From Nemertoderma westbladi (lineage: Eukaryota; Animalia; Xenacoelomorpha): a stretch of DNA of 56,550 nucleotides. Below the pieces are notes generated by a model that was not told the origin of the DNA, did no database searches, and saw only the letters and a list, made by a program, of their open reading frames with translations. The first letter of the stretch is position 1. Every line of letters starts with the position of its first letter. The stretch covers positions 1-56,550 of the forward strand of contig JAUCBJ010004904.1 of assembly GCA_032718475.1 (NCBI GenBank). The letters are read 5' to 3'. The translations under genes were made by a program, and so were the position numbers. Below are positions 36,610 to 47,824 of the stretch, one piece after another.

Positions 36610-37713
36610 TTACGTTGGGGAGTCCCTAGATGTTTGTTGGATTAGGGAGGTGGTCGTGGGAAGAGTATCTTGCCTTCCATAGTTTCCGGATAGTTCTCGG
36701 TCTCGTTCCAGTAAACATAAACGACCAACTGGGCGATTGAGCTGCTGTATCTCGAAGACAATTCCAGGTTTCCTCTTCGTCCTGGAATAGTGACGATAGA
36801 AACATCGCTTCAAATACACGACGGCCTTACAAAGCCGATTCCAGGATCTATAGTGGTCCATCGCTCCCGGCAGGAGAGGTGAGAGTCCCGGCAAGGCGTC
36901 TGGTGTTCCAGATCTCCAGTCTCTCTCTCTGATCTCCACAACAGATCGGTTCGCGGTGGGGGAGTTTAGATCCACAGCGTCGTCCCTGGCAATGTGTAGT
37001 ACAGACAGATCTATCACGGGTTTAAATAACCTTGATTTACTCGTCCGGGTTTTAGGTTTGACTTTCTCCGCTCCCTTGGCTTGTCTAATCTCAGCCGTGG
37101 TAAGATGGGGAGGCCATTCATCTTCTTTACTTAGGAAGTCGGGTCCACCTAACCAGTCTGGAGTATCTGTCAGTTCTTGAGGAGTTGCTCCTCTGTAAGC
37201 AATGTCGGTTAGATTAATCGTCTCGGGGCAATGTCTCCATTGATCTACATTGGAGTTAAGATCGTCATTATCTGAGGAGTATGGTGTTCCCTCAGTTGGG
37301 TCGTCAACTTCACTGCTCTCCACTTCCCATTCACTTAATTGATATACCTGTTCTTTCGGTAATCTTTCCATGAGAGTTCTACGGGAAGGGCCAGTAAATT
37401 ACTAACCTACTCTAGTTCTTCCCGCATAGGCTTGTAATGGTTGCGGTTGAGCAGGCCGTTTCTCCAATGTCTCAAGCGCCTCATGCGCATTTTGGCCGAT
37501 GAGTATTTGCACTCCAGGGTAATCTGTGTTGAATCTAGGTATATTAAGCCGCTGGGTGAAATCGTCCTCATCCCAGTTATAAGGTTCTACTTGGCTGGTA
37601 GCGAAGTTCTTTATCGCCACCATTTTTACTGACCTTATACTATGTTCTCCTAGTTCATCCTGGGGGGTGGACAACGCACCTACATAATAATCGGAACTTG
37701 GGTTGTCCAGCAA
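36610..37713 (-). pseudogene. BEL/Pao pol remnant: protease end, RNase H tail, extreme C-terminus
   Basis: VQILIG..RTRVG* (normally GW); QWRHCP..N..D..RG..W..GPDFL; SWNRL; RPVGRLCLLE. No RT YxDD and no integrase motifs. Confidence 0.8.
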
Positions 37714-38884
37714 AGATGTCTTCGGCTAGTTCTTTGTCGATGAATGTTCCTGTGCTACCGGAGTCAAGGAGGGCGTTCACTATATAACTCCTTTTAGGTC
37801 CGTGGACCCTTAACTGCACTACTGGAAATTCTCGGATTCCTACATTGGAAGTTGGTGCTTTCCAAGATGGTTGTCGGTCAGAAGTAGTTAGGGGGAGCTC
37901 GCTGTTGGTGTCCTTTTCATACATAAGTGCTCGATACACTGCGGTATTTATCAGGTAACAGGATTCGTTTTCGTCGGAGAATTCGTCCGTATAGAACCCT
38001 TCCATCTCAGAACTTTGGTCAGTGTCGTTCACATCACTGAATTGGACATGTAGTTCGGACTCACTTACCTGACTCGGGCTGTTTCGATCGAATTCAGTGT
38101 GCAACAAGATATGATGTTTTGCGCCGCACTTTGCACACCTTGCGTCGGAGTAACAGGTTCGCCGTTGGTGTCCTCGTCTGAGGCAATTATAACACAACCG
38201 CTTATCCCACATGACTTCACGTCTGTCCTTTAGTGATTTCCTCAGGAATTCATCACATGCACTTAAACGGTGGGGCCCGTCACACAGCACACATTTTGGT
38301 TTGATGTTACTTACCTTACTTTGGGTAACGTTGTGCACACTCGTTCTTTCCTCGGGCTTTCTTACATGAATTCTCTTAGGAGACGTAGGAGGAGTTTTTC
38401 TTACCTGTTCTCTCCTGTCATTGGTTCGAGACTTGAATTTACTTACGTCCTTAGGCGCTTTGTTGTCATAGTAAGATCTTTCAGTGTCTTTCCCGCTGTC
38501 TTCCTCTTGAGAAGCCTGGCTTTCGCCATCGTCTGTATAACACACTGGTATTACCTTTCTCCTAGAAACGGGTTTCTCACTTACCTTATTTTCCGGTGTC
38601 TTCTCTCTGGACTGCTTTAGGAGCTGTAATTTTACCTCTCCATCTAAGAATGACATGAGATCAGCCATGGTAGGATCTCCTCGTTGTTGTTCCATCATAT
38701 ATAACACTGTCTTGTCCCAGCGTGTACCTACTCCGCCCTTGGGCAAATTAGATGCTAAGGCTCCTACAACCATAGAATTCTGGTATTCATGAGACTTACC
38801 TAACCAATCTAGTTGTCTACAGATCTCCTGAATCTCGTCGGAAAACTCTATAATCCTGCTGCTAAGAAACTTTCGGGGTGCCAT
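37655..38884 (-). CDS. BEL/Pao Gag C-terminus (three Cys/His knuckles) plus aspartic protease, frameshifted
   Basis: CVLCDGPHRLSAC, CYNCLRRGHQRRTC, CAKCGAKHHILLH; ALLDSGSTGTFI. Confidence 0.85.
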   Translation of the reverse strand: MAPRKFLSSRIIEFSDEIQEICRQLDWLGKSHEYQNSMVVGALASNLPKGGVGTRWDKTVLYMMEQQRGDPTMADLMSFLDGEVKLQLLKQSREKTPENKVSEKPVSRRKVIPVCYTDDGESQASQEEDSGKDTERSYYDNKAPKDVSKFKSRTNDRREQVRKTPPTSPKRIHVRKPEERTSVHNVTQSKVSNIKPKCVLCDGPHRLSACDEFLRKSLKDRREVMWDKRLCYNCLRRGHQRRTCYSDARCAKCGAKHHILLHTEFDRNSPSQVSESELHVQFSDVNDTDQSSEMEGFYTDEFSDENESCYLINTAVYRALMYEKDTNSELPLTTSDRQPSWKAPTSNVGIREFPVVQLRVHGPKRSYIVNALLDSGSTGTFIDKELAEDIFAGQPKFRLLCRCVVHPPG

Positions 38885-41582
38885 TAATTTCGCATATAAA
38901 TACAGCTATGTTAGTCCTATTACCATACCTGATGTTCAGTGTATCCCAAACTTGTCTTAATCCATCTGGATGTCCAATAAACTTTAACGCCATTAACTTG
39001 GGAGATCCTTCCAAGCACTCGATGAGGAATCTCAGTTTCTCTCCGTTAGATAGCACAGAGTTCTGTATGTTATCTTTGTAATATTCATTAAAAGGTAACC
39101 ATTTCATCTCATCTCCATTGAACTTGACGATCTCTCCCACCTTGACCGCTTGACGGGCTTCGGTTCTAGCCATTTGACACGTAAAACTTTCTTGGGCCAT
39201 CGTGTTATTTAATATCGAGTTATCGGTATATAAATTTCTCGGATTATTATCAAGTCTATATGGAATATCATTGTCAACAGGTTTATAATTACCCTTAATA
39301 GGGTTTACTATAGGAGTTTCCACTTCACTAGCAGTATAGATGCGTGTAGGCTCCACACCTTGCGCATGAGATACTTCAGACCTAACAGGTTGACACATTG
39401 TTACCGGGGGTGGTGGTATACCTCTTTGGGTATTTACTAATTTATCGCGTTCTAACGCGATACTTTGCTGCACTTCTTGCAACTCTAACCTACTTTCCCT
39501 TACTGTTCCCTTGAACTGCTGAACAGTCTCCTGCATCTGCCCGAGCAGGAGATCCATCCCCCGTCGTCTCTCATCCACCCACTCGACCGCCGAAGCGGGA
39601 GCCGCCAACGTTGTAGCGGGCGGACGAGGGACAACGGGCGACAAATCATTAATATTTCGCTCGGAGTCCAGGACATGAACATTTTCAGGGATGGTTCTGT
39701 GGGGCACAGGTAGCTTAGTGCTGTGCAAAGGGAATTTAGAGCTAGGTTCTGGGAGTACAGGTGTCTCTATCACCGAAGGGGTGGCTTCGAGAACAGGCCT
39801 AATTATTTCAGGCTCATCTACTATAGTAGGGAGTCTTTCTATTTTAATTATTTGGTCTGTGGGTTCTGTACTACCTAAGTCCGTGCTAGCTAGTTGCCTT
39901 CTAACAGCTGGGGGCAAATCAGGCAATTTCTGACGGTGGGACATTCTTCTACGCCTACTTAGACGAGATCTATCTCCTCCGCCTTCAGGATCGGTGGTAT
40001 CGCCTTCATCAGAGGATGTAAATCCCTGTCTTTTGGGAGTAGATCGACTCATCATCTGCATTTGACTAGCTGTTAACTGTTTATTGAAGTTGTCCTGCCT
40101 CTCTTGAAGATTTTCCAACTCTAGTTGAGTTGTCTCTTCAGATGCCCTCCGTTCTGCTTCTGCCACTGCCGCTTTTCTTTCTGCTTCTGCCGATGCCATT
40201 GCCGCCTTTCTTTCCACTTCGGCCGCTTTTCTTTCCGCTTCTGCCGCTGCCATTGCCGCTTTCTTTTCCACTTCGGCCGCTTTTCTTTCCGCTTCTGCCG
40301 CTGCCATTGCCGCTTTCTTTTCCACTTCTGCTGCCTTTCTTTCCGCTTCTGCCACTGCCGCTGCCGCTGCTGCTGTCTTTCTGTCTTCTATACGTTTTTT
40401 CCTTACTTGTTCCTCTTGAACCTTAATGATGCGGATGCTTTCATCGAATTTAGCTTGGTTCGCAGCTAACATATCCGCATCGATTGCGTCCAACACAAGT
40501 TTGGCTCCTTCACTATTAGGGCTAAGTCCATCCAGCCGTCTCCTCAACTCTTCGTCACCTACAAATCGTTGATAGTCTGACAGATAGATGTCAATAGCAT
40601 CCATTTTATGCGGTTTCTCTGCTGTCGCTTCGCTTTCCACTTGGGAAAAGGTAGCGTCTGTTGATTCTACATGGGTTGAGCGCTCATCCAACTGAGATTT
40701 CCACGGGGCAGTTCTTTGAACTTGGAGACTCACCCGCTGAAACCAAGTCTTTACAGCAACGTGCAACGACGTGTCTTGTCTTCTTTTCGAAGCCTCCTCA
40801 AAGGCAGATAAGATTAGTCTGATTCTTAGAATTCTTTCTCTAACTTGATAAAGCAGCTCTCCCTGCTCTTGAGGTCCTTGTGGTTGTCGAAACAGTTGTT
40901 TCTCTAATCGCTCCATAGAGCTGAAGAATCCCTGTACGTATCCGGCTGCTGACCTCTTCCATACAGCTGGATCGATGGTTTCCTTTGTTACTCCCATCCT
41001 GTGTATGTCTTCCCAGGCAGCTTCCGATAAGTCAAACGGGAGTCCGGGTCCGGGGAAGTTCCATTGCGACTCGACAATAGACTTCAGTTCTTCCCTTGTA
41101 TATCCCGCATAACTACCCTTGGTCGATCGCTTACTTCTTGCCCAATCAATCTGGTGTTCCTCCACCGCAATCAATACCCTAGTGAGTACGGCTGCAGGAA
41201 GGATGAGAAGGGGATCCGAATAAACCGCATCCGCCATCTTTGCTCCGCACTCGGGTGTCAGCTCTACAGTATCCGCACTACTGGAGCTGTCGGGTCGCTG
41301 AGAAATAAGTTCTCGGCTCGAGTGTTGCTGCTGTTCCGCTGCTTCTTGGTCTCGCTTGACTTGAGCCCGAGTGCCTATGACAGACCTACGGCGCTTCACT
41401 AACTTCGCAAATTGCGAAATTGCTTCTACTAACCTAGGTTCTGACACAGCTACTGTAGGGGTTGTCTTTCTTACAGTAGGAGGGGTCTCAGACCTCGGTC
41501 TGGGATTCTCTATACTCCTATCTGAGAAACAGACTGTTGTTTCTAGGAGACTATCTGACAGAGTTTGCCTTGTGTCAGCCAT
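38862..41582 (-). CDS. BEL/Pao Gag, N-terminal part (906 aa)
   Basis: Ends in a BEL-type core KFNGDEMKWLPF..LSNGEKLRFL..L.GSP..W..L..RYGN; contains an A/E/K-rich repeat. Confidence 0.8.
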   Translation of the reverse strand: MADTRQTLSDSLLETTVCFSDRSIENPRPRSETPPTVRKTTPTVAVSEPRLVEAISQFAKLVKRRRSVIGTRAQVKRDQEAAEQQQHSSRELISQRPDSSSSADTVELTPECGAKMADAVYSDPLLILPAAVLTRVLIAVEEHQIDWARSKRSTKGSYAGYTREELKSIVESQWNFPGPGLPFDLSEAAWEDIHRMGVTKETIDPAVWKRSAAGYVQGFFSSMERLEKQLFRQPQGPQEQGELLYQVRERILRIRLILSAFEEASKRRQDTSLHVAVKTWFQRVSLQVQRTAPWKSQLDERSTHVESTDATFSQVESEATAEKPHKMDAIDIYLSDYQRFVGDEELRRRLDGLSPNSEGAKLVLDAIDADMLAANQAKFDESIRIIKVQEEQVRKKRIEDRKTAAAAAAVAEAERKAAEVEKKAAMAAAEAERKAAEVEKKAAMAAAEAERKAAEVERKAAMASAEAERKAAVAEAERRASEETTQLELENLQERQDNFNKQLTASQMQMMSRSTPKRQGFTSSDEGDTTDPEGGGDRSRLSRRRRMSHRQKLPDLPPAVRRQLASTDLGSTEPTDQIIKIERLPTIVDEPEIIRPVLEATPSVIETPVLPEPSSKFPLHSTKLPVPHRTIPENVHVLDSERNINDLSPVVPRPPATTLAAPASAVEWVDERRRGMDLLLGQMQETVQQFKGTVRESRLELQEVQQSIALERDKLVNTQRGIPPPPVTMCQPVRSEVSHAQGVEPTRIYTASEVETPIVNPIKGNYKPVDNDIPYRLDNNPRNLYTDNSILNNTMAQESFTCQMARTEARQAVKVGEIVKFNGDEMKWLPFNEYYKDNIQNSVLSNGEKLRFLIECLEGSPKLMALKFIGHPDGLRQVWDTLNIRYGNRTNIAVFICEINGTPKVS
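40150..40375. repeat. 54-bp coding tandem repeat in Gag (AEAERKAAEVEKKAAMAA, about 3-4 copies)
   Basis: Visible in both DNA and protein. Confidence 0.9.
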
Positions 41583-44074
41583 GTTTGATTGTACAGTTGA
41601 ATGCCTACTGCTATATTACAGTTAAAGCAAGTCTAGTAATTCAGTATCACTTTTAGCCTAGTAATTAATTACCGATATCGTTACTCAGTGTAACGTGATA
41701 TATATATATAATATATTAGAATACCGGTATACACTTATAGTATATATATAAGTATTATTACAGACTAGGTTTGTCACAGAATACCGGTATATAATTTCAG
41801 CGCAAATATATAAATATATAATAAGCCTATCGCGAATACCGGTATACAGCTTACACTTATAGTATATATAAGTATAATTATGGACTAGAATTGATTACAG
41901 AATACCGGTATAATTTCAGCCTAAATTTATAGAAATAAATATAATGAGCCTATCGTAAATACCGGTATGTCAATTATTTTAGAATAATTAAATTTCTGAA
42001 TTTTAGGGGTTACTTGGTTACTTTACTTTACCTTATTACCGTTATTTAAGCAGTAGTCCAACTGATATTAAGACCTAATTGTTGTATGATAGGCCTACTA
42101 TTTTATAAATCGGTTTGAGTTGATTTATAATATATATATACCCGTTTAATGGGTTTTGTCAATATTTGAAATAAATGTTATTATTTCTGGGAGGGAGTCA
42201 CTGCACAGAAGCTGTACGCTCTCAGTGAAGTGCTACTTGTTGGACACTAAAACAAATAATTCTAATTTACCTAAGTTACTTAATACTACAAATTACGTAC
42301 AATTCGGGGTGAGATTACAATCTCTAAATAAACACAAAAATTACAAATACGAATTTTTAGGGTAATTTTACAGGGAATATACAAACCAGCCTAACAAAGG
42401 GTTAGAAAATCTGGTTATCACAAAGGACAGGATATTACAGTATTTGAAAATAATAAACGGTAGTAAATATATTGCGTTGTCCAGATAGGAAAAATACCAC
42501 CGTCTGACGACTTATAGCCGTATCGCTATAAGTACTACGTTATGTATCACGGAGTGTTCCTACCTAGAAGTTAATTACCGCGGTCTACCAGAACCAACGT
42601 GCCTATTAACCACTTTACAACACAAATATACTGGCTACACACTAACTACTTTCAGAAAGCACTGTACACTAAACCCTAAATTAGGTACAAGTACTTATAC
42701 AACAAATAACTAGCAGTTAGAAATACTTGTATAGCTAAAAGAACCACGGTATCTGCTGGAGTGACCGGGGCACAAAATCACCAGTCTTTACCTACGCCAA
42801 GCAGCCCTGATGTAGTACCGGGGTTAATTTAACTATAACGATATGTACAACAAGCACAATTACTGTAGGAATTAACTTGGGGATATGAATGTTGCGAATA
42901 ATCGCATAAACTCTGAATAATAAATAGTACGCTACGCGTACAGACTACTCAAACAAAATGCAGACCAAATGCTGACAGAATACTATCAAGCCTAAACAAA
43001 CTACGGTATATGCAGACTCCGAAATGGTTAGTTAGTATGCGTTCTAACCGAGTAGTACGACTTATTCTTTCAAGGGGATTTACCTCACAGCACTGGAAGC
43101 CCCTACGTTCCTAACTAGTAACTTATCAGACATACACTCTACACACACCGCAATCTCTTCAGACTTAACAACAGTCAGACAACAATCCAGCCTACAAATT
43201 ATCTGTAGAATCTGAGCAGGCTTACACGTCTTCTGCTCAATATTAGCCTACAAATAAATAAAACTGACAGAAATAGGCCTAAGTAAAATCCCAATAAAAA
43301 CCAGGCGTCCCCGATTACTTATTAAGACCTACCGGTATATAATTATCAAAATCGAATAATACTGCGGTACCTGTACTGCTGTAAGTACCGGTTCGGGTAG
43401 TTAGGCAGTCAGGCCTACTGGGTACCGGTTGACCGGTACTTCAGCTTTATTGCCTATTACAATACAGAAGCTATAACCGTTATTGTTCTTACCAGAACAA
43501 TATTAAACTGTATTTATTGCCTACACTGCAATCTGAAATCAATATCTGTTATTGTTCGGGCTTTTAGACCTTTAGCAGTTTAACCTGCCAAATTTGGATG
43601 TCTTCTAGATAATAAATTGACTTTAGCCTATGACGAGTATTTGATACACTACATTAGCCGAAGCCAGTCTATGCGCGACCATTCACCCGCTGGATATACC
43701 CGGGAGACTGGATTCGGAAGCCTAACCTGATTGCGGTGTAGGCCTACTGTATTATTCGACTGATCGTAATATATAATCTCTGACAAATATTATTCACTTT
43801 CGGGAAATATTAACAGTTCCTTTAGGGCGTGGCGCTCTAAATATGTAAACAGAGTTATGACTTAAACTAGACACAACGGGATGGCTATGGATTCACGTAT
43901 ATAGCGCATTCTTTAGGAGATGCTTTGTTATCAGTTACAATCATATACACAACTGCACAATGCTGCACACCGATCTGCCGACCTTCACTAATTTTAGTCA
44001 CATATAAAGAGAACAACAACCGACTCATGTAGTGCCTATGAAATAGCATTAGATTCACTCCAAAACCACTTTAA

Positions 44075-44700
44075 TGTAAGTCACAATTGTTATATGTAAC
44101 CGGTCTCTCTAACCTTCAGTATATCAAGAAGATTGGGGTTTCTGATTATTGATCGATATTATCCAAATATAATAATATTCCATCAACCGATATAATTAAT
44201 GACCGACAGTAAATAGCAGTAAAAATGCGGTGTTTTGATTGTTTTGTTAAGATAACAGATATACGTTTCTGTGATTAAGCCTACTAATGTTGGGCTAAAG
44301 CCTGAAAACACAGAGATTCCAAAGCCGGTCTTCTGGCTGTGGACAAAATACACATACTGACTCAATTGCATGAGTTTCTGTATACAATCTCCAACACAGA
44401 GTGAAAACCGCTCTGATTGGTCGACCGAACAAAGAAACGACAGAGAACAAAGAAAAAGCTCCACGTGTACAGATCAGCTGTTAGCTGTCGTCATAGTAAC
44501 TACACTGTTTCGAGAGGATTTTAGCGTATTGCGACATAGAATTGCTAGTTATGTCCGCTAAATTACACATACAGAAGAAATGGCTTTTTATGTCCACTAA
44601 AACACCGGTACAGTAAGGAAACGGCTTTTGATGTCCGTTAAAACACCTACAGAGTACTTTGCGGGAAAAATAACCAGCTAATTCCGCAAAAGCTTTTACA
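44075..44700 (-). repeat. Putative 5' LTR of the BEL/Pao element
   Basis: Minus strand reads TGTAA...TTACA, followed within 6 nt by TGGT (PBS-like). No second LTR is available to confirm it. Confidence 0.5.
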
Positions 44701-46200
44701 TTTGGAGTTCGGCAGGTGTGAAGTCCCCTGTTTCTATAGGTGGTGTCTTGTCATATATTTTCCTTGTAGGGCTGACCCCGATGTTTGGTGGCTGCCCAAA
44801 CAAGTTGCTGAAGTGATTTTTCCACTTCCCAACACGTTCTTCAAGACTATTGGCTTTGAGGCGCCGCTTTGCACAAGTCTTGATTGTTGCTGTATGTGAG
44901 CAGTTGTAAATGCTTCAATTTTATCCTGTATGTACTTTTCCTAGCTGATGTTTTAGGCCAATTTAAATCGTCCTTAGCTTTCTCAACCTTGTTAATGTTG
45001 TTGGTTGTTCGTTTTTTACTTTGTAGGCTATCTTAAAATCTTCTCTCTTACAAGTAACCTCAGAGTTTTGCCATGGCACATACTGTTTTCGTTTGAGTTT
45101 CTGGGGGATATGCCTCTAAGCTGATTCCTTGTGGGCTTTTATTATATTCTGGTATATTGAATCGGTGGACTGGTCTTCATCCATTGACTGAAGTACTTCA
45201 AAGCTTGAACTTCTACTGTGTAAGCATCCTTTACTGCATACTGCATTCTGTGTTTCTCCCAGTCGTAGTTGATTTGCTTGCTTGTCCTGGCTGGCTTTGC
45301 TGGCTCTCAAACTAAGTCTGATCTCTGCAGTCACAATTCTGTGGTCCGAACCAATTAGGTTGAACGAGCTGTATGCCTAGTAGTTGATCATGCCGGTTCT
45401 CCACTTTTTGTTTATAAGGATGTAATACAGTTGTGCTTTGGTTCCATTAGGGTATTGAATGGTCCATAACTTCCCCTTACTCTTTTCGAATGTGGTGTTT
45501 GTTGGTATCAATTCACATTATTCTATTAGAAATTTCTATTAGAACTGGTGTTATAGGTGTAACTCTTGATGTCTTCTGGGCCAATTTGCGCATTCAGGTC
45601 ACCAGCGATGACTTTAACATTGTGTTTTGGAATGTCCTTTATAGGTCCAGTCAGATCTTCATAAAACTTGACTGCTTGTTCTGGCTCTGAGGCATTGGTT
45701 GGACTGTAGCAACATATTACTGTTGTCTTGGAATTCCCATCAAATGTTGCGATCATAACCCTGGAATTTATAGATTCGATGTTGTTTAGGGTCTTAAGTG
45801 CAAATGGGCTTAGCAGAATTCCTACTCCACCAATTGATGCATTGGCCGAGTTTCTTACTGCTGAGCTTGTTACTAACGTCCATCAATTTCCTATGTCATT
45901 GTACTTCATGGCAGTGTCTTCATGACAATTCCGATGTTCTTGGATGCAGATGATGTCGATGTTATATTCCATTGCCAGAGCAGCCATGTCACCCTGTTTG
46001 CTATGTGCTTTCAGCGCGCGTGCGAGCAATCTTTAGTGTCTTTTTACATTTCAACAGGTTGGTTCATCTTTCTTCTCTGTCTTCTGTTGCAGTTGCCGAT
46101 TTATCGACCCTAGCCTGGTGTACCTCTGAGGGACGCGGTCCTTGTTGACCCGGGCGACGACCGAGCCGGTATTTCTCCCGGAGGGTTCTCATACTCATAT
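44701..46200 (-). pseudogene. Decayed RTE-like LINE, 5' half (APE endonuclease), cut at the BEL insertion
   Basis: TTVICCYSPTN..FY..L..IPKHN..IAGDLNAQIG; GSDHRIV near 45330-45352; ends PPIETGDFTPAELQ at the junction. Confidence 0.82.
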
Positions 46201-46204
46201 ATCA

Positions 46205-47080
46205 GTTAACAGTATGCTTAGGTTTCTATACAGAAATAAAAATCGTTTAAACACCGACTCCCGTTACTTTGATCTTCTTTAATACAGTGTCACATGGAAT
46301 ATGCGTGCTCTTCTTGGTATGAAAGCTTAACCAAACAGCTTAAATATAAATTACAAGTAGCTCGGAATAAAGTAGTAAGATTTATTAAAGACTACAAACC
46401 TAGGCACCACCTAACTCCAGATGACTTTTCTGGATCTGGGCTGCTTAACTTAGATAGTATAGTTTAGCAGCTACGCCTTAACCATGTGCATAAAGTGTAT
46501 AATGGTAAGTGTCCCAATTACCTAAAACAAAAATTCAACAGAGTACGCGATACACACTCTTACAGTACCAGAACTAGTGCTTCAAACTTTTACCTCCCGA
46601 ATTGTAAATCCTTCGAATCTGATACTTTCCTTTTTAACGTTATTAAAAATTGGAACACTCTGCCTAGTTAAATAAAAAACCTAGATAATCAATATTCTTT
46701 TAAATCTGCAGTTAAATCTCACCTCCGTGTGCAATGTAAAAATAGGTACAATAGTCCTACAGTAAGATATTAGTTTATTAATTATTTACTATTTATACTG
46801 TAATTACGTTTTATAATAACTTTTTCTGTACATTACAGTACAGTACATGTACATAGTGTAACTACGTTTTATATTTGTTTTAGGTTAGCGTAGTGTAATA
46901 TTGTATTTGTAACCAAGTAACATAAAGGACCCACTTGGAAATAAACTGCAAAGCTTTAGGGATAATCCTATATGTTATGTTGGACAATATATAAATACTG
47001 TTCATTGTTGGGTGTATTTTGTTCTTGTTTTTACATAATGTATAAATAAATCTATCTATGAAATCTATCTATCTATCTAT
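46205..47080 (+). pseudogene. 3' fragment of an L2/CR1-group LINE with (TCTA)n tail
   Basis: LIQCHMEYACSSWY..KLQVARNKVVRFI; HSYSTR; KNWNTLP; AATAAA followed by tctatcta repeats. Confidence 0.8.
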
Positions 47081-47199
47081 TGGTATACAGTACAGTTAGT
47101 ATGTATGTGTCCGAGTGGATGCAGCGCCTGAACTGCTTACACAATATTGTTTGATGGCATAGATTGAAATGAGGTGCAAAAAAATGATGTCCAAAAAAA

Positions 47200-47430
47200 C
47201 TTCACTTAAAAAAAACGGAGTCCATCCTCTAAGGATAATAATCTTCTAATATTATTGAGCCGCCTCATAAAGTACACTGACCTAGAAGACGCCGATAATA
47301 TAACGCAAGTCGTGGGTGATATTGAGTTTTGGTTTCTAATATTGTTTCCAAATTTCTCGATAAACCGGCATAGCATTCTTAAAATATCTATAATGCAGCT
47401 GCAATGCAGCATGACGACATAATAAGTCCG
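47200..47430 (+). pseudogene. 3' end of an RTE-like LINE (same family as 6950-8920)
   Basis: Inverted similarity to ~6935-7060 (atgcagctgcaatgcagcatg); VGDIEFW compared with MGDRELW. Confidence 0.7.
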
Positions 47431-47595
47431 ACATGCAAAACATAGCTGGATATATCCTGAAATATGGCCCTACAGTATGTATGTATTGACCATATGTATG
47501 TGTATGTTCACTGAACTGTAAAATGTTATGTACAAGTTATAATGCATGAAATTAATTAATATATAAATATCTGTATCGTGCAAAATATAACTCAC

Positions 47596-47805
47596 TGCTT
47601 CAAAATTGATTTCGTAGGGCAGATCTCTATGTCCCATCTTAGAATGTTCTCCATTTTGGTTCAATATTGTGGTGTGTAAACCATATAACAAACCAAAAAA
47701 AACAATAGGCAAAAGAATTTCGATTAATGTCCCCACAGGCCTTCTGCGTTGTAGTAGAATGTTTTTCCAAAGAAGTAATCGCAGCTGTTTGACCTTATCC
47801 TCCAT
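47596..47805 (-). CDS. ABCA: ABCA transporter, first coding exon
   Basis: QLRLLLWKNILLQRRRP..TLIEILLP is the canonical ABCA N-terminus; donor GCA|GTGAGT at 47595, phase 0. Confidence 0.88.
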
Positions 47806-47824
47806 GTTTTGACAATTTGCTTAA

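Larger units (their letters stand above)
36610..44700 (-). mobile_element. BEL/Pao LTR-retrotransposon deletion derivative (putative 5' LTR, long leader, gag-protease, pol remnants; no 3' LTR seen)
   Basis: See the component ORFs. It abruptly interrupts the LINE at 44700/44701 with a TGTAA start on the minus strand. Confidence 0.8.

Noticed and set aside
21905-38864. TAG reassignment or readthrough suggested by several in-frame TAGs (21905, 21944, 30517, 37402, 38862)
   Set aside because: TAG is the true stop of the CRE ORF and of ATAD2; CAG/TGG-to-TAG transitions in decaying sequence explain the pattern.
44701-46200. This LINE 5' half and 6950-8920 as two halves of one split element
   Set aside because: They overlap in the pre-RT region (PPIETGDFTPAEL versus PDIPIGDISFAEV) and differ in sequence, so they are separate copies.
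47206-47456. Candidate ABCA exon 2 after an atttcag acceptor
   Set aside because: The sequence is mostly the antisense of an RTE 3' end and shows no ABCA similarity.
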